Part shown: piece after piece, positions 26,214 to 40,892 of the stretch
Layout of the letters: every line of letters starts with the position of its first letter
Numbering within the stretch: the stretch's first letter is position 1
Source: Octopus vulgaris
Taxonomy: Eukaryota
DNA: 64,000 nt
Direction: 5' to 3'
Assembly (NCBI GenBank): GCA_951406725.2
Contig: OX597831.1
Span: 58,590,001-58,654,000 of the forward strand
Position numbers and translations under genes: made by a program
Notes under the pieces: model-generated
Databases searched by the model: none
The model's input: the letters and a program-made list of their open reading frames with translations, nothing else
Told to the model about the DNA's origin: nothing

Positions 26214-28166
26214 GATTTTATATTCAGTATCTACATTTTGCTTAACAGATTGCGCCAGGTTCACATCCTGCGATAGTCGATCACATAAGTCGCAGTAATG
26301 TATTTAGTTCAATACAATTGATGCATAGATTGTGCATAACAGTTAACCGAGATTCAATAAATATAAATAACGTATTTTTGTGATAAGGAATAAGAGGAGG
26401 GCTATATGACGTTATTTGAACTGCTTAAAATAATAACCAAATCTTCTTCATAGTAACCCTATCATCTCACTAAATTGTCACTCTTGATACATTACAATTG
26501 AGTAAAAGCCATGTTAGAATGTTTCATAAGGTGAAACTGATCCGTGGTCGTATAGAAACAATATATAACTTAAGTATGAAGGGGTAAGCATAAACCAAAC
26601 AATTTACTGTATGGGTTTGTTCTCATTTCAAATTCCATATCTGTGGAACCCTGATTTAACAATTCTGTAATTGATAGAAAATGTAGAGCTCGTGACTGCC
26701 ATTCCAAATCACTTTCCTTATCAAAGGAAATTAATTGTTTTATCATAGAAAAGAAAGATAAATATATCAGTGATAATAATGTTCGTCGTTTGGGTTCAGT
26801 GATATTGTTGTTACCACTCGAAATTATAAAGCGTTTTCGACTTTTGGGCGATGCTATTTTACTATTGATAGAAGTCAATTCACTTGATAAAACGTTCTCA
26901 TATATTTAGTTAACTAAAACAAGCAATTATAGTGAAAACATACAGTAACTTTGTTAAAACAAAGTTTGTGGAGTGTGCTGTACCAGTAAATTGCAGTACA
27001 TATATCCTTGTGTGCATTGATCTAGGTTTTTGGACATCTGGAATTGTGTATCAATAGTATATTAGCATTAATGCTGGCAACTTTCTCAGTCTTTATTAGA
27101 ATTTATGGTCGTGTTTCAAGTTATTAGTTATTGCTATTAAATAAAAGAAACGGTTGACTATCAGGGGCAACAGAGTTTAGATTGAAATAGTCAAGAGGTC
27201 AGCTTTATGTTTCCTTCTTTCAGAAAAGATACTTCAGGGACATAACATGTACTAAGCTCGTAGACTCAGTCGATTGTGGTCCTTTCTCTCTATACATCTT
27301 TGATATTAAACTACTGTAAGAAATCATTATTAAATTCTAAAGAGAATATAGAAATTTACGTTTGACATGAACATTCGTAAGTGAGAGAGAGAGAGCAATT
27401 TAGAATGAACTGTCGACGCTTTCTAGCAGGTCACACCACCAGAAAGAGGCTCCCTCATTGGGTTATCAAAATTAAGTATATAAAGCCCATGGAATGGCAG
27501 ACGAAGATGTAGTTTTAACCTGGGAAAAATCCTGAAAATTTTCATTTAAATTGTTTATAAAAAGAACATGAAAATTAATTTAACAAATATAATTTGACTT
27601 TAGGCGTTAGGTAATCAGATTTGAATTATATTGTAATTGTAATACGAAAAGAAAAAAAAAGAAGCTATTTTGGTACAGGGGGTTGATAAAAAGAAGAAAT
27701 TCTGAAAATTCTGTATAGCTGTTGCTCTATCATTGGAATCAATTTATTGACTTAAACTGAGGTGACGCTATTAACTGCGACACCAGCTGTTGCAGATTAT
27801 TTTCGTTGAATATTTGCTAATTGCAATGATATGAAATTACATTTTCTTTCCAAGAAACTGAATGAAATATTTAACTATATTGTGTTTTTATATTACAACT
27901 AAGTGGACAGAATATCAGCTACATTATTTGCTTGCATAAAAAAGAAACCTAAAAGCACATTCTTTCGTATCGCAACAGTAATTATGATATTTAATTTCTA
28001 ACGTTTTATAAGGCCAGGAATATATGGGGGACTGTGTACTCTTAAACATAAAATATCGCTGGTAAATTAATTGCAAATGTTGTTAACTTACCGAACTAAA
28101 TGAGATAACTTGAAAGTCTTCATAACTACCAGTATTATTCCGTTTTTCGTCTCCTCGTCATGACAA

Positions 28167-28506
28167 CGCGCATGGCTCAGTGGTTAGAGCGTCGAGTTTA
28201 CGATCGTGAGGTTGCGATCTCGAATCCTGGATCGGGCTGCGTGTTGTGTTCTTGAGCAAGACAATTTATTTCACGTGCTCCAATTACCTCAGCTGTAGAA
28301 ATGAGTTGCGACCTCACGGGTGCCAGGCTGTATCGGCCTTTGCCTTTCCCTTGGATAACACTGGTGGCGTGGAGAGGGGAGGCCGGTGTGCATGGGCGAC
28401 TGCTGGTCATCCATAAACCACCTTGCCCAGACTTGTGACTAGGAGGGTAACTTTCTAGGTGCAAGCCCATGGTCAGTGTCGTGACCGAAGGGGGTCCCAG
28501 GCCAGG
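28167..28506 (+). mobile_element. Full-length tRNA-derived CORE-like SINE with 11-bp TSD
   Basis: TGGCTCAGTGG A box, CTCGAATCC B-box-like, TGTGTTCTTGAGCAAGACA; TSD CGTCATGACAA at 28156-28166 and 28507-28517. Confidence 0.9.
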
Positions 28507-29106
28507 CGTCATGACAAAATATATTTGAGGGTAATTTTTTTTTAATAATATGAGGGAATGTTTGAAATTGTGAAAGTATTTATGCCTTACTAAAGTGTTA
28601 CATATTTAATTGCAATAGATATGCACATTGCGAGCAAGTACACAGACGTATTCAACAACAATGTGTACAACAGTCGTTACCTGTTCAACAATATATCCCT
28701 TTGTTGCAACATAGAATACAAACGTGAATAACCTTCATAGGATAGAATTCTTTTCCATATGTTTCGATTTGCTTCATCGTTGTCTTCTCTGGTATTTTAG
28801 TTGCAGTATATATCTTTCTTGTTTTTCAGTAATATTACTTGTATGGTTTCTGTTATCACTTATGTGGTTACCAATATCTCAGTGATTATAGATGTCTTTC
28901 GGGTTTGTAAGTGTAAATATTTCAACACATGTTTTACAGGTGTTATCAATACATGTAATTTCATGATACCATGATGGCAGTTTAGGGTTCTTTACGCAAG
29001 ACACCAGCTCGTAGAAGAATTTTACACTCAAACAAATTCAACAGTTAACTTCAAAATATATTGATATATTAATGTTTTATTATAAGGAACAGAACTGACG
29101 TACATA

Positions 29107-30446
29107 CTCTGAACCGCAAAAGAAACGCGATTTTTTCAAATGTCATTTTTATATGGTAAATTCTGAAAAATTATTTCGGGGTTGTAAGTGTAAATGCTCC
29201 AACACATGTTAGTTTATGGTTAAGATCAAAAGCGCAGGTAAACTTTCAAATTTCACTGAAATGAGACGCGAAAAAGCCGCTGAGTTGATTGCCGTGGGTG
29301 GCAGTCGCAAACAGTTGTCATGAACACCGAAATGCATGTGCATCTCATGGAGGTTATGGATATAAAAACCAACCTGAATCGCGTTCCTAGCTTTCTTAAT
29401 TTGGACGCATCGGGTATGACCCGATTATCAGCGGCGCAGAGAGAACAAACTCCCGGCCGATTGCAAGCAGGGCAGCGTACCCTGATTGTTGCAGAAGCTT
29501 ACAATGTCCATGTCCGCACCATGTATCGCCTGCAACAACGATACAACAACGCTTACATCACTGCATACCGTGACCGCAGAGGGCATCCCCTGGCGACCAC
29601 GCATAAGCAGGACCGCTTCATCTACATGTAACACCTCCGTCATCGTTTGAAACCGGCCAGCGTGACAACTCTCGAGTCCATTGACGCTGAACAGCGACCC
29701 ATCAGCTATGACCCGGTACGAGGTTCAGTGGCGGCCAGCAACCTGCATTGCCGTCGTCCTGCTCGAGGGCCTGTCCTCACGCCCGCGACCGCCAGGAACG
29801 ACTACAGTGGGCTACACAGCACCGACATTGGTGGCATAAACAATGGAGGTCGATAGTCTTCTCCGAGGGATGCTTCTACAGCGTTTCCACCTCGGATGGC
29901 AGAGTGAGGGTGTGCTGCAGGAGGGGGTAAACGCTACAGAGACGCATGTGTCATGGAGAGAGACGCGAGGGATGGCCAAAGTGTTATGGTTTGGGGGAGC
30001 TATAGGCTTGAATCAGAGATATGGCCGCATGTGCTCCAAAATGTTGGTGTCTGTAAGCGAAGAGAATGGCATCACAGCGCAGCACTACGTCGACAAGATC
30101 CTAAGACTTCCCATTTTGCTCTTCTTCACGAGTGAACGTATCAGCGTGCGCCAGCAGGAGAGTGGTACATCCCACACGACCAGGATAGACATGTGCTTCC
30201 TGCGTCTAGCACAACATCAGATGCATGCCGTGGCCGGCTCACAGCCCGGATCTGAACCGAATTGAACACTTCTGGGATGAAATCCAGAGGCGGCGGCACC
30301 AAGTGGTCCCAAAGCCGACAAGACTGTGACCAAAGTGTATCCAAGAAATTGACTTTATCAGATTTATCCAAATTTAGCTCTGACATAATGAAATTAAAAC
30401 TTATTTCACAGTCACACACTTTTCGCGTTCCTTTTACGGTTCAGTG
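29107..30446 (+). mobile_element. Tc1-like DNA transposon with TIRs and TA TSD, transposase pseudogene
   Basis: TA-CTCTGAACCGCAAAAGAAACGCGA ... TCGCGTTCCTTTTACGGTTCAGTG-TA; MTRLSAAQREQ (ATG 29416), WRSIVFSE, VMVWG, WPAHSPDLNRIEHFWD. Confidence 0.93.
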
Positions 30447-30516
30447 TATGTATGTATGTATGTATGTATGTATGTATGTATGTATGTATGCATATATATA
30501 TGTGTGAATGTGTGTT

Positions 30517-30590
<74 letters not shown>

Positions 30591-30631
30591 TACACACACA
30601 CACACTCACACACACACATACACACACACAT

Positions 30632-30662
<31 letters not shown>

Positions 30663-30664
30663 AA

Positions 30665-30780
30665 ACAGCGTGGCAAATGTTTATAAGCCATTTAAAAGCA
30701 CACTAAAACCGTTAGATTCACTTCGACATTTAAATTTAATTTTCCAAAATATTTCCATCGGTTTGAGACGGCGAAAATAT
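30665..30780. repeat. Truncated single arm of the G3-C8 foldback family
   Basis: TTTATAAGCCATTTAAAA...TAGATTCACTTC.ACATT.AAATT shared with 16770-16860; follows (TA)n. Confidence 0.7.
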
Positions 30781-31085
30781 AAAAATCTTGGAAATCAGTG
30801 ATGTCGGTTTAGATAAACATTCATGCATAATTAGATAAAAGCAAATATAGAGCAGGATAGAGAGTTTGCTCTGAGCAAAGATAAACCCATTTTAAAAATA
30901 ATACTTTCCAGAGGAAAAGCTAGCCACCGTGCTATTGACATATGAAGACGTACAAATATCAGTCAATGCACTTTTACTCCTCTCATTAAACTACCATTGT
31001 ATTTTTTTTCTTTCTACATTTGATTGGAAATTTTGTATGAACTACATATTAATACAGTTTTATTACTAAAAACGTTCGTATAACA

Positions 31086-31612
31086 TTCTTTTCTACTCTA
31101 GGCACAATGCCAGAAAATTTGGGGGGAGCGACCAGTCGATTAGATGGACCCCAGTACGCAACCGGTACTTAATTTATCGACCCCGAAAGGATGAAAGGCA
31201 AATTCAACTTCGGAGGAATTTGAACTCAGAACGTAAAACAGATGAAATACCTAATTCTTTACTACTCACAAGGGGCTAAACACAGAGAGGACAAACAAGG
31301 ACAAGTGCGTAACTGGTACTTAATTTATCGACCCCGAAAGGAGGAAAGGTAAAGTCGACCTCGGCGGAATTTGAACTCAGAACGTGGCGGCAGAGGAAAT
31401 ACCTATTTCTTTACTACACACAAGGAGCTAAACACACAGAGGACAAACAAGGACAGATAAACGGATTAAGTCGATTATATCGACCCCAGTGCGTAACTGG
31501 TACTTATTTAATCGATCCCGAAAGGATGAAAGGCAAAGTCGACTGTAGCAGCAGACGAAATACCGCTAAGCATTTCGCCCAGCGTGCTAACCATTCTGCC
31601 AGCTCGCCGCTT
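31086..31612 (-). mobile_element. Tandem Nin/Deu-like SINE array (3 core units)
   Basis: Repeated GGTACTTAATTTATCGACCCCGAAAGGATGAAAGGCAAA units with one tRNA-like head at the right end. Confidence 0.85.
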
Positions 31613-33112
31613 TAACATAGTACATGGTACAGCATGTTGGTGTTCATTTATGAACTAAATTACTGTGTTAATTTATGCTGTTGTAATGGAAAATTCAAAC
31701 TGTTTTCCCAGTCTGAATTTCTTCAGCAAATTTTTCTGTTACTGTACTAATTGCGCTGGTAGAATTCCGATATCAATTATGCCAACAATTCACAATAAAT
31801 AATACATCCGAGTATTTGTTCGAAGTGTGGATGTTTAATTCGATTAGATATGTGACACTTTATCAATACGTGAATAATTGCAAATATTTCAAGCATGCTC
31901 TCAATAAATCAAACGAATGTGTGCTGCAGCCATTATCTAGTCATCAGTTTAACACCATTGGTATTTACGAACTTTATATTCTGTATTGATTAAACAGATC
32001 AAGCACTAGAAAACGTTAAACTACAATTACGTCAAATTTAGTGTGATTTCGTAGCATAATTTAAGCCATTTATTCTTTTATATCTGATATCCTTTTGGGA
32101 AAATTATGGACATCACCCGAATCCATATCTTCGACTCTGAAATATACTTCACGCCTAGTAAAAATGCAAATTATATTCGAGCAGAAAATTAAAATTTTAA
32201 TATAGTGTGATAAATATATTTTCGACTCTATATGAGGCTGTTATATTGAACAGAGGCATAGTTTAGAAGTCGTGGCATAAACATCTTTCTGTAGATATTG
32301 TCTTCGACTCAGGAGAGGGTTTTGTTGATTATGCTGCTGGTCATAGAAATTTCATAGTTTCCCAGATTTTATTTTATTAATTACTTTGCTTTTAATTTCC
32401 TCGGGTGTTTCAGTTTATAAATTAATCTTGAATTTTGATTCAATATGAACATTTACGTGATATATACCGACATGCAAAATACGTATTCTTAATTTTTAAG
32501 GCCTAAAATATCCAACCCATAATGCCACATATTACCCACATTGTTGCACGAATGCTAGAATAATAGACACGCTATTGTAAATAATCTTTACCTTTTAATA
32601 TTGTTTTTCCATGTGAAATGTTCACAAATGATTTAATAAAGTAACGGAGCTGTTTTGTATTATCATATTACTCTTAATAAAAGAGAGTGGGAAAAGATTT
32701 ACACGCTAATAATATGATTTGTGGTTTTAGCTTGTACTTTTAGTTTTGTGAAAAAAAATGCGTATCATAGATGACTTTTATTGCACTCAAAAGATAGCTA
32801 ATAAAATTTATTGAAAGTCCGCTAAAGGATGACAACACTCACCTCGTTCATTCTCCCCTTTTCCGGCGTGAGTTACATTTTGCTACCAAACGTTATGTGA
32901 GTTCGTTCCTGCTTTTTTGTATGTCAGTTTCTGTGTTAAACTTTGAAATTCTGTTACTTAAACAATACTTTTCGCTCTAAGGGGCAGAAAATTCTGTTGG
33001 ATTATTATTTTGAAAAAAAAAACCAACTTATTATTGGACTATTTGATTTACCCGTTACTGTGTATATTTTTAGTGAATTTGTCATTTTTGACAAAGATTT
33101 AAAAAAGCTTTT

Positions 33113-34069
33113 GTGATGGAATTTAACATTGCATCCCGAAAGGATTTTCCTGCGATGGAAAAAGGTTTAACAAGTAATAATGAGGATACACAAGAAAAAC
33201 CAATTTTTTCGGCCGCAGTGAGCGGTAACGTGACTGATTTAGAAGTGAAAATGGAAAAACTGTTCAAGTTCCGAAATTTAATTTTAAAAATGACGGCGAC
33301 ACTAAACTGTGGCCGCCTCCTGAAACGGTACAAGCAATTAATGCTAGAACAGTAGTGTACAAAATTTATAACATAAAGGAAAAGATTACGGAAGCCAAAA
33401 ACAAAGTGGTGGAGAGGTGCTTGGCTCCAATATGGGATCAGGTATGCTACGTTGGCCATGGTACGCGAAGTGCGACTGTCGAAGCGCAGTTCCAAAAAGC
33501 TGACGTAGCCAAAGATGTGTCAACAAAGACATTAAAGAACGAGGAGGTAATGCTGCTACCCACATATTTGGGTCACAGAACTGCAAAAATTACGGTGGAA
33601 GAGATGCCAGCAAGATATAAAGTTATGCGGGTAGCAGCAGCTGTGATTTATGACGTTGAGGAGGAGGTATCCATCTAACAGATGGAAAAGAAGGACGCCA
33701 TAAATTGGAAAGGCCAGACATTAGAAATGGTAATCCAAGCGGCGAATGAGACCCCAGAAAATTTGCCCGATAGGGTATTTGTAGGGGAGGGGCTATCATT
33801 GCGAGTGACCGTGGAGGGGCGTAGGCCCAGGTGCTTCAAGTGTGGAGAAAAGGTCCACGTTCGCTCCAAATGCACGAAAAAGAGAATGTGGCCCTCTCCA
33901 AAAAGCTGCAAAGGAGGTGAAGGAAAAGACGGACAAGCCGGAGAACGCTTCAGAGAAGAAGGAAGAAAAAGTTGCTGAGGGGAAAGAGGAAACAACTGAA
34001 GAAATGGAGCTTACCACAGTTAGGCATAAGCGGGAAAAGGCACATGTCCCTGACTCCCCTCTCCAATGA
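33113..34069 (+). mobile_element. Non-LTR retrotransposon ORF1/gag-like pseudogene with CCHC zinc knuckle
   Basis: Consecutive same-frame segments separated by single stops; LRVTVEGRRPRCFKCGEKVHVRSKC (Cx2Cx4Hx4C), then a K/E-rich tail after a frameshift. Confidence 0.7.
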
Positions 34070-34455
34070 AAAAAATTAACAAAACATACAACAGACACAC
34101 ACAACCAAACTCCCCAATCCAACCTCACGATAAAATCATTTATCACCCGCCCCCCGCCCCCCACCCAAAAAAATACGTGGAAAAACGGTGACGTTTAGAG
34201 AAAGAAATGAACCGATGTCCAAATACATTAGATCACAACACAAGGCACGTGTTTACAAAAGAACAAAAGGCACACCGACAGGCATTCGTTTTGCATTAAT
34301 GAACGAATGCCTGTGGAAAGAAATGATAACTCTTTACCCGGACGATGTGCGAGATGTCAGTACGGAAGTGGCGGAGGGTAAATTAATCGTAAGCCCGGCC
34401 GCCACACCAACAAATAGCCCATTCATATTGACGGAATAGTTGATCTTCATTGCAA

Positions 34456-34516
<61 letters not shown>

Positions 34517-34898
34517 TGTATATATATAACTTATAAAATATATATATAACTTATAAAATAAGGGCAAAAGAAAAATTCTAATGCCAAATATGCCGAAAAT
34601 AGACAAATTGTCAATAACCATTATAATTTATGCGTCTCGAAACAAGCTGATAGAAATTTCTAAAAAATTCCGTTATTACCGTATTGGTCCCAATTTCAGA
34701 CTTAATTCATAACAATTTCCTCCTCCTCAGCGATAAATACGGAAGACATAAATGAAATACTTACTCATACCCATGGAAAAAGCAAGCACTAAGTCATGAG
34801 CAGACCTAAGCACCCCAAATATATCCAAAATAGAAAATCTCGAGACACGTGTGATTCGAACTAGAAACTTTCATAGAGTGAGAGAGGCCGGAAGTTAA

Positions 34899-34988
<90 letters not shown>

Positions 34989-35950
34989 TGTGTGTATTTG
35001 TCTGTGTGTAAGTGAAATTGTTAGCATACAACAGGATTCGAATACTTGTCACCACCAAGCACAGCAAAATAATTCATTTTTCTAATGTAAAAGACTTTCA
35101 GTATTCAGAAGAAAGGAATCTGATCTGCGATGATTGTGGCTTATGTAAACTTAAACTAATTTGGACTTAATTGAAAGCTGAAATATTAATAATAATTCGA
35201 TACAGTGGAATTCTTAACCGATTGCTCTGCAACTTTTAAACGCATTCATATATTTGTCTTACTAATCACTAACTCAAATTAATACAAACTGTTGATTCTC
35301 TGCATCACCAACAATTAAGCGAAGGTATGTTTGCTACTGATACGAGAATTAAATATCTGATGATAATGGTTATGACCTTTTGTCCAAGAGCTGAACTGTG
35401 ACGTTTATAAACTGGGGTTTAGAGATGTATAATGAAAAATAAAAGTGAGAATGAAAGAAATGTACCTGGTTAAAGCAATAATATCAAGCGTAAGAGATTT
35501 GTACTGTGTTGAAACACAGATTAGATGTAGGTGACATATACTCGGCTCAAATTCAAAATATACATTGCGAGTGACCGTGGAGGGGCGTAGGCCCAGATGC
35601 TTCAAGTGTGGGCTGTAACTGGTTCGAACACAAATATAAAATGTATGAGTGGATAAACTAAAGCTAAAAGAAATATACGTCTTAGAATAGATCAAATTCA
35701 TCCAACCACAAATATAAGAGGTGTAATTTGTTCAAACACTAACCAAAGCAAGAATTTTACAAACTAAACAAAGAAGCTTGTATACGAACGATCAAACTAG
35801 TAGAAAGCGTATCCAAATGGCCGCCAAATCGAACATAACTGCTTAATGCAGTAGGCCACATTGGATAATGTACTTCTACATAGGTCGTCCTGCGAATAAA
35901 ATTCAACGTCTTCAAGTTTAGCTGGAGCCTCTTTAATAATAGGTATACTG

Positions 35951-36400
35951 AAGGCGGCGAGGTGGCAGAATCATTGGCACGTCGGGCGGAATGTTTAACG
36001 GCATTTCACTCGTCGCAACGTTCTGAGTTCAAATTCCGCCGAGGTCGACTTTATCTTTCATCCTTTCGGCGTCGATAAAATAAGTACCATTTGAATACTG
36101 GGGTCGATGTAATCGACTCAATCCCCTCCCCGTAAATTGCTGCTCTTGTAGCAACATTTGAAATCATTATTATGGCTTTCATAAAGGCAGCGAACTGGCA
36201 GAATCGATAGCACGCCGGGCGGAACGCTTAACGGCATTTCACCCGTCTTCACGTTGAGTTGAAATTCCACCGGAGACGTCTTTGCCTTTCACTCTTTTGG
36301 GGTCGATAAATTAAGTACCAGTGAAAGACTGGGGTCGATGTAGTCGACTAGTCCCTTCCTCCAAAGTTTCAAGGCCTTGTGCCTTCAGTAGAAAGAAATA
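35951..36400 (+). mobile_element. Two head-to-tail Nin/Deu-like SINEs
   Basis: AAGGCGGCGAGGTGGCAGAATC head at 35951 and a similar head at ~36184, each followed by the core. Confidence 0.85.
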
Positions 36401-37488
36401 GCAGGAATACTGGATCAAAGAATCCGCGTAACCGACAACGACGACCACGACAACGCCAAAGAAGAAGAGGAAGGAGAAGAATTTAAAACAAGCAGCTTCA
36501 CCATCACCGGAACGTTCATCTGTAGCCTCAACACCGAAATATTGCGCTCGCAATTAGAATATATTCATAATTACAGTAGATAGGCGAGGTTAATTGCTGT
36601 AAAAGAAGATAAGAAGATAAAAAGTTACCTTTTGATTGTGAGTTGAAATCTTATGAGTCTTGTAAGCAGCTTTTTAACTTACCTGCATCTATATATGAGA
36701 AACTTATTATGGGGTTCAGATCAAATCAGAAATCTAGATAGATGGATAGATAGATCCGATTAAACCCTCTTTCTTTAAAAAAATTGCACTGTGTTTAACA
36801 TAAGAATTTAGTAATTCGGTACAAAATATTATTGAGATGTCAAATAATAATATTAAATGCATCACTGAAAGCGTCGAGCTGAACGCTTAGCCACATTTCA
36901 TCCGCCCTTGTGTCGTGAGTTAAAATTCCGTTGAGGCCGATAAAATAAATACCAGTCAAATAATGAGGTTAATGTAATCAACTTTCGCCATCCCCCGAAA
37001 TTGCTTGCTCTGTGCCAACATTTCAACGTATTAAATGTATTATTGGTTCTTTCTACCGAGCCAAGGTTAGCTTATATTTTGTTAAATGCATATAAGGAAG
37101 CAGGTTTATCGTAAGTGAGTATCGGAAATCAGAATCGAGCTTAACACTGCAAATCACAGCCAACTCATCAATATGACAGTGTTGAGACTTTGAGAGCAAG
37201 TGATCGTAAGCAAAGATATAGAAGTTCAGATGGCTTGATACAAACAACTGACATATTGACAGCCAACTGCGATGCTCCTCCCATATTTACGTTATAAATT
37301 GTAACATATCAACCATATTGATTTGCTTCCAGAGATAAACAGAGGAAATCAGGTGTAGACACAATCGAGATATTTCTAACTATTTAGCATAAAAGATCAT
37401 GAAGATAACAAACTATTCATAGCATCATTAGTAAACAACCTTAACCGTTCGCTTCACAGTAACCTCATGTATTCCTACGACTCATTAT

Positions 37489-37537
<49 letters not shown>

Positions 37538-37617
37538 CGTGTATATCTGTATATATATATGTAGGTATGCATGTAGGTATCTATCTATATATATATATAT
37601 ATACATACATACATAAT

Positions 37618-37694
<77 letters not shown>

Positions 37695-39057
37695 ATATAT
37701 ATTATATGTATATGTGTGATTTTCATGAATATTCTCTAATAGCTTATTCCATTCTGACTTATTAAGTTTACCAGACCGGAAAGCATTAACAAATATTTTT
37801 TGAATAAAAATTTTAATAAAATACCATTTAGAATACATTTGAGCATATTAAAATATGTAAATGTATTTCTACCTCTGGAGAACAATATAACAAGTAATGA
37901 ATATAAAAGAAGATGACACCGCGACACAGTTTTAGTATGCAGGTTCAAGCAATTTACATTCTACTTACAAAAGTAATGGACACATGTCATACAGAATTTC
38001 ATTTTGTCACCTTCTACTAATATAGGAGACATCTGGGAAAAATGTTTGAATCGAAAGCAATATTTGAATTATATTTACGTCGTGTATAAATAATCCTTCA
38101 TAGCGAGGCGCAATAAAACTTCTTGCAAGGAATATATTTCGACTCCTGTACATCAATTATTGTCTTAGGTTATTACGTTAATGCCTCTAGCGGCAAGACT
38201 ATCACATAAACTTGTTCAAATGTTTAATAATCGTTTTACCTTTGTGCTTTGTTTAAAATTCATATTTTCCGACCAAACCCTTTAACAACGGATGAAGAAA
38301 GCAAAACCTTACTGCTACACAAATAAATTTAATAGCAGTAATTTTAATTTAAGTGAACTACCATGTTACCGAAACTACTTTATTGTTTAGCTTTGCTTTA
38401 TATGGATGTTAATCATAGTAATTTCGAAGAGCGTTGTTAACGGGTTCACAAAAACGTGGTTACTATATAAGTTTATTCTTAGTTAAACTTTTAAATTTCA
38501 TAGTTCTTACATGTGTAATATTGTACCATTTTCAAACGCATGATAAAGTGTGGCTCTGTGAGGTTGTTTTTCTATAGAAACATTTCACCCAAACGAAGCT
38601 CCAACACGACATGTTCAATGACGTTGGAATATTGAATTCAAATGACCGGAATATTGACCCTCATTGGTTGAACATTAAAAATTAAACAATCGCTTTAAGA
38701 GGCATTAGTTTCTAACCTCGTATTTAAGTATGTCCTGCTTTAAGCATGTAAACCGGGCATTCATCTATATTGGCCTATTGAGGAATGCATAGGTACATCT
38801 GACAAATACAAGACATCTGGGTAGATGTTCACAACTGGATCAGATATATCATATACATCGTTATCCATTTATTCTGAATAGATGTTCCTCATAAGTTTCG
38901 ATTCGAGTGAATGTTTGGTAATTTAAAAAACATGTGATTAAGGTATTTAAATGATGCGTATTTCTAGTAAGCATAACCTTTTGGGAGCTCAAAGGATATT
39001 ACTCGCAAATCCCAAATACTATAAATCGTAAACTGGGAATACTTTTAATCACGTGCT

Positions 39058-39760
39058 TTATTCCTTGTGTTTTATTCTCAGTACAGCAAAGCGCCAAGCA
39101 TCTCGGCCTTTTGTCATCTCACCTGAAAGGTTCAGCGTTCTGAGGTCGTTCTTTAGTACTTCATCCCATGTCTTCCTGGGTCTCTCACTTCCACGTGCTC
39201 CATCGAATTTCAGAGATCGGCACTTCTTTATGGGGATGCCAGCATCCACCTGCATCACATGACCAAACCAGTGCAGAATTCTCTCTGTAACTAATTCCTC
39301 GTATGCCTAACTCACAAAACACAACCACTCTGTCGAACATGTACGCTTATTAACATCCAGCGGAATATACTAGCCTTACCCCTTTCTAACCTCCCCATGT
39401 CCTCTGCATTCATGGCCTATATCTCACTACCATGCAAATTTGATGTCCGTAAACATGCATCGTACAATCTTCCTTTCACTTGGAGAGAGAAACGTTTCGT
39501 GACCAACAAAGGTAACATCTCTCTGAATTTCCACCATCCTAAACTTATTCTAACCATCACACTCTCCTTGTAATTCCCCACAACCACTACTAATTTTGTC
39601 CTCTAGGTTGCAGAAATAACTATCCACCGCCGCTAATGAGCCACTAGGACATTTGAAAGAATCAATTTCACGAGTTTCTAAAGTTTTTTTTATATATCCT
39701 GTGTATCTTCCACATACGAAAACTATCTTCTCTGATAACCTTCCTGTTAATCCATTGCAT
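39058..39760 (-). mobile_element. RTE-type LINE 3' remnant
   Basis: KGRLYDAC...LHGSE, LHWFGHVM, IKKCRSL..DGARGSERPRKTWDEVLKNDL. Confidence 0.8.
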
Positions 39761-40191
39761 ACATATTAGGAAGTAAAAACGAACACGCAAAACGTGATAT
39801 CACTCTAGAGCATGTCATTTATAATTCAAACGTAATTGCAGTATTGTGCGAGTAAATAAGGGATTAGGAAATAAAGCATAAAATTTCATGCAGATATTTC
39901 TAGAATAGTTATGCACATAGTGCATAGGTTATTCAGCAAAGTTTTCCTTGTAATCCAAATATACTATCTTCAGAGAGGAATCAAGGAATATACCCTAAAT
40001 AAGAGATATTAATAGTTGAAGAATTAAGGAATATACTTTGTAAAAGATAATACCGGTTCGGTTTTCGAAGATGGACAGCGTAGATTATAAGTGGAAGGCC
40101 TGCTAGGTATACTGGAAAGTATAAAAGGAAGAGTCACAAATGTGTGAGAGTGGGTAGAGACTCACTGATATAGAAGAGGCAACTATAATTT

Positions 40192-40241
<50 letters not shown>

Positions 40242-40494
40242 TATAGATAGATAGGTAAATAGATAGATAGATAGATAAATCCACGCACATATAAACACAG
40301 AGATTTATCCGATAGCCATATGGGATGAGGTAGCGATTGAGGGTGGTAAACAAGATACAAAAAATCTTCAGACAATAGCAATTTAGTAAATCTTCAGACA
40401 ATAGCAATTTAGCATATCGTATGTTAATTATTTACAATAAATTTGAAGGAAGTGATTTATAATTAAATAATTTATAATAGTGAAAATGTTCTAT

Positions 40495-40668
40495 ATTTAA
40501 TAGTGGAGGAACTATGTACATTATTTACATTTGATAGATATTTGTCCTCATCTTGTTTCTTGTTAACACAGCGTTTCGGCTGATATACCCTCCAGCCTTC
40601 ATCAGGTGTCTTGGGAAAATTTCGAACCTGGGCACTCATTCCTAAGATATTTTTCGATGTTAGTATTA

Positions 40669-40740
<72 letters not shown>

Positions 40741-40812
40741 TCACTGACTGGAATCGAACTCGGAACCCCAAAATTCTGAGTGCGATTCCAGGCGGTGACC
40801 TGAATAATAATA

Positions 40813-40892
<80 letters not shown>

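Noticed and set aside
28167-28245. tRNA gene
   Set aside because: The tRNA-like head continues into a SINE body with a TSD; no clean cloverleaf. The same applies to the other SINE heads.
36675-36735. Minus-strand donor CAG|GTAAGT with a possible 6-nt or 51-nt exon
   Set aside because: Weak acceptors, and the 51-nt version has stops in all frames.
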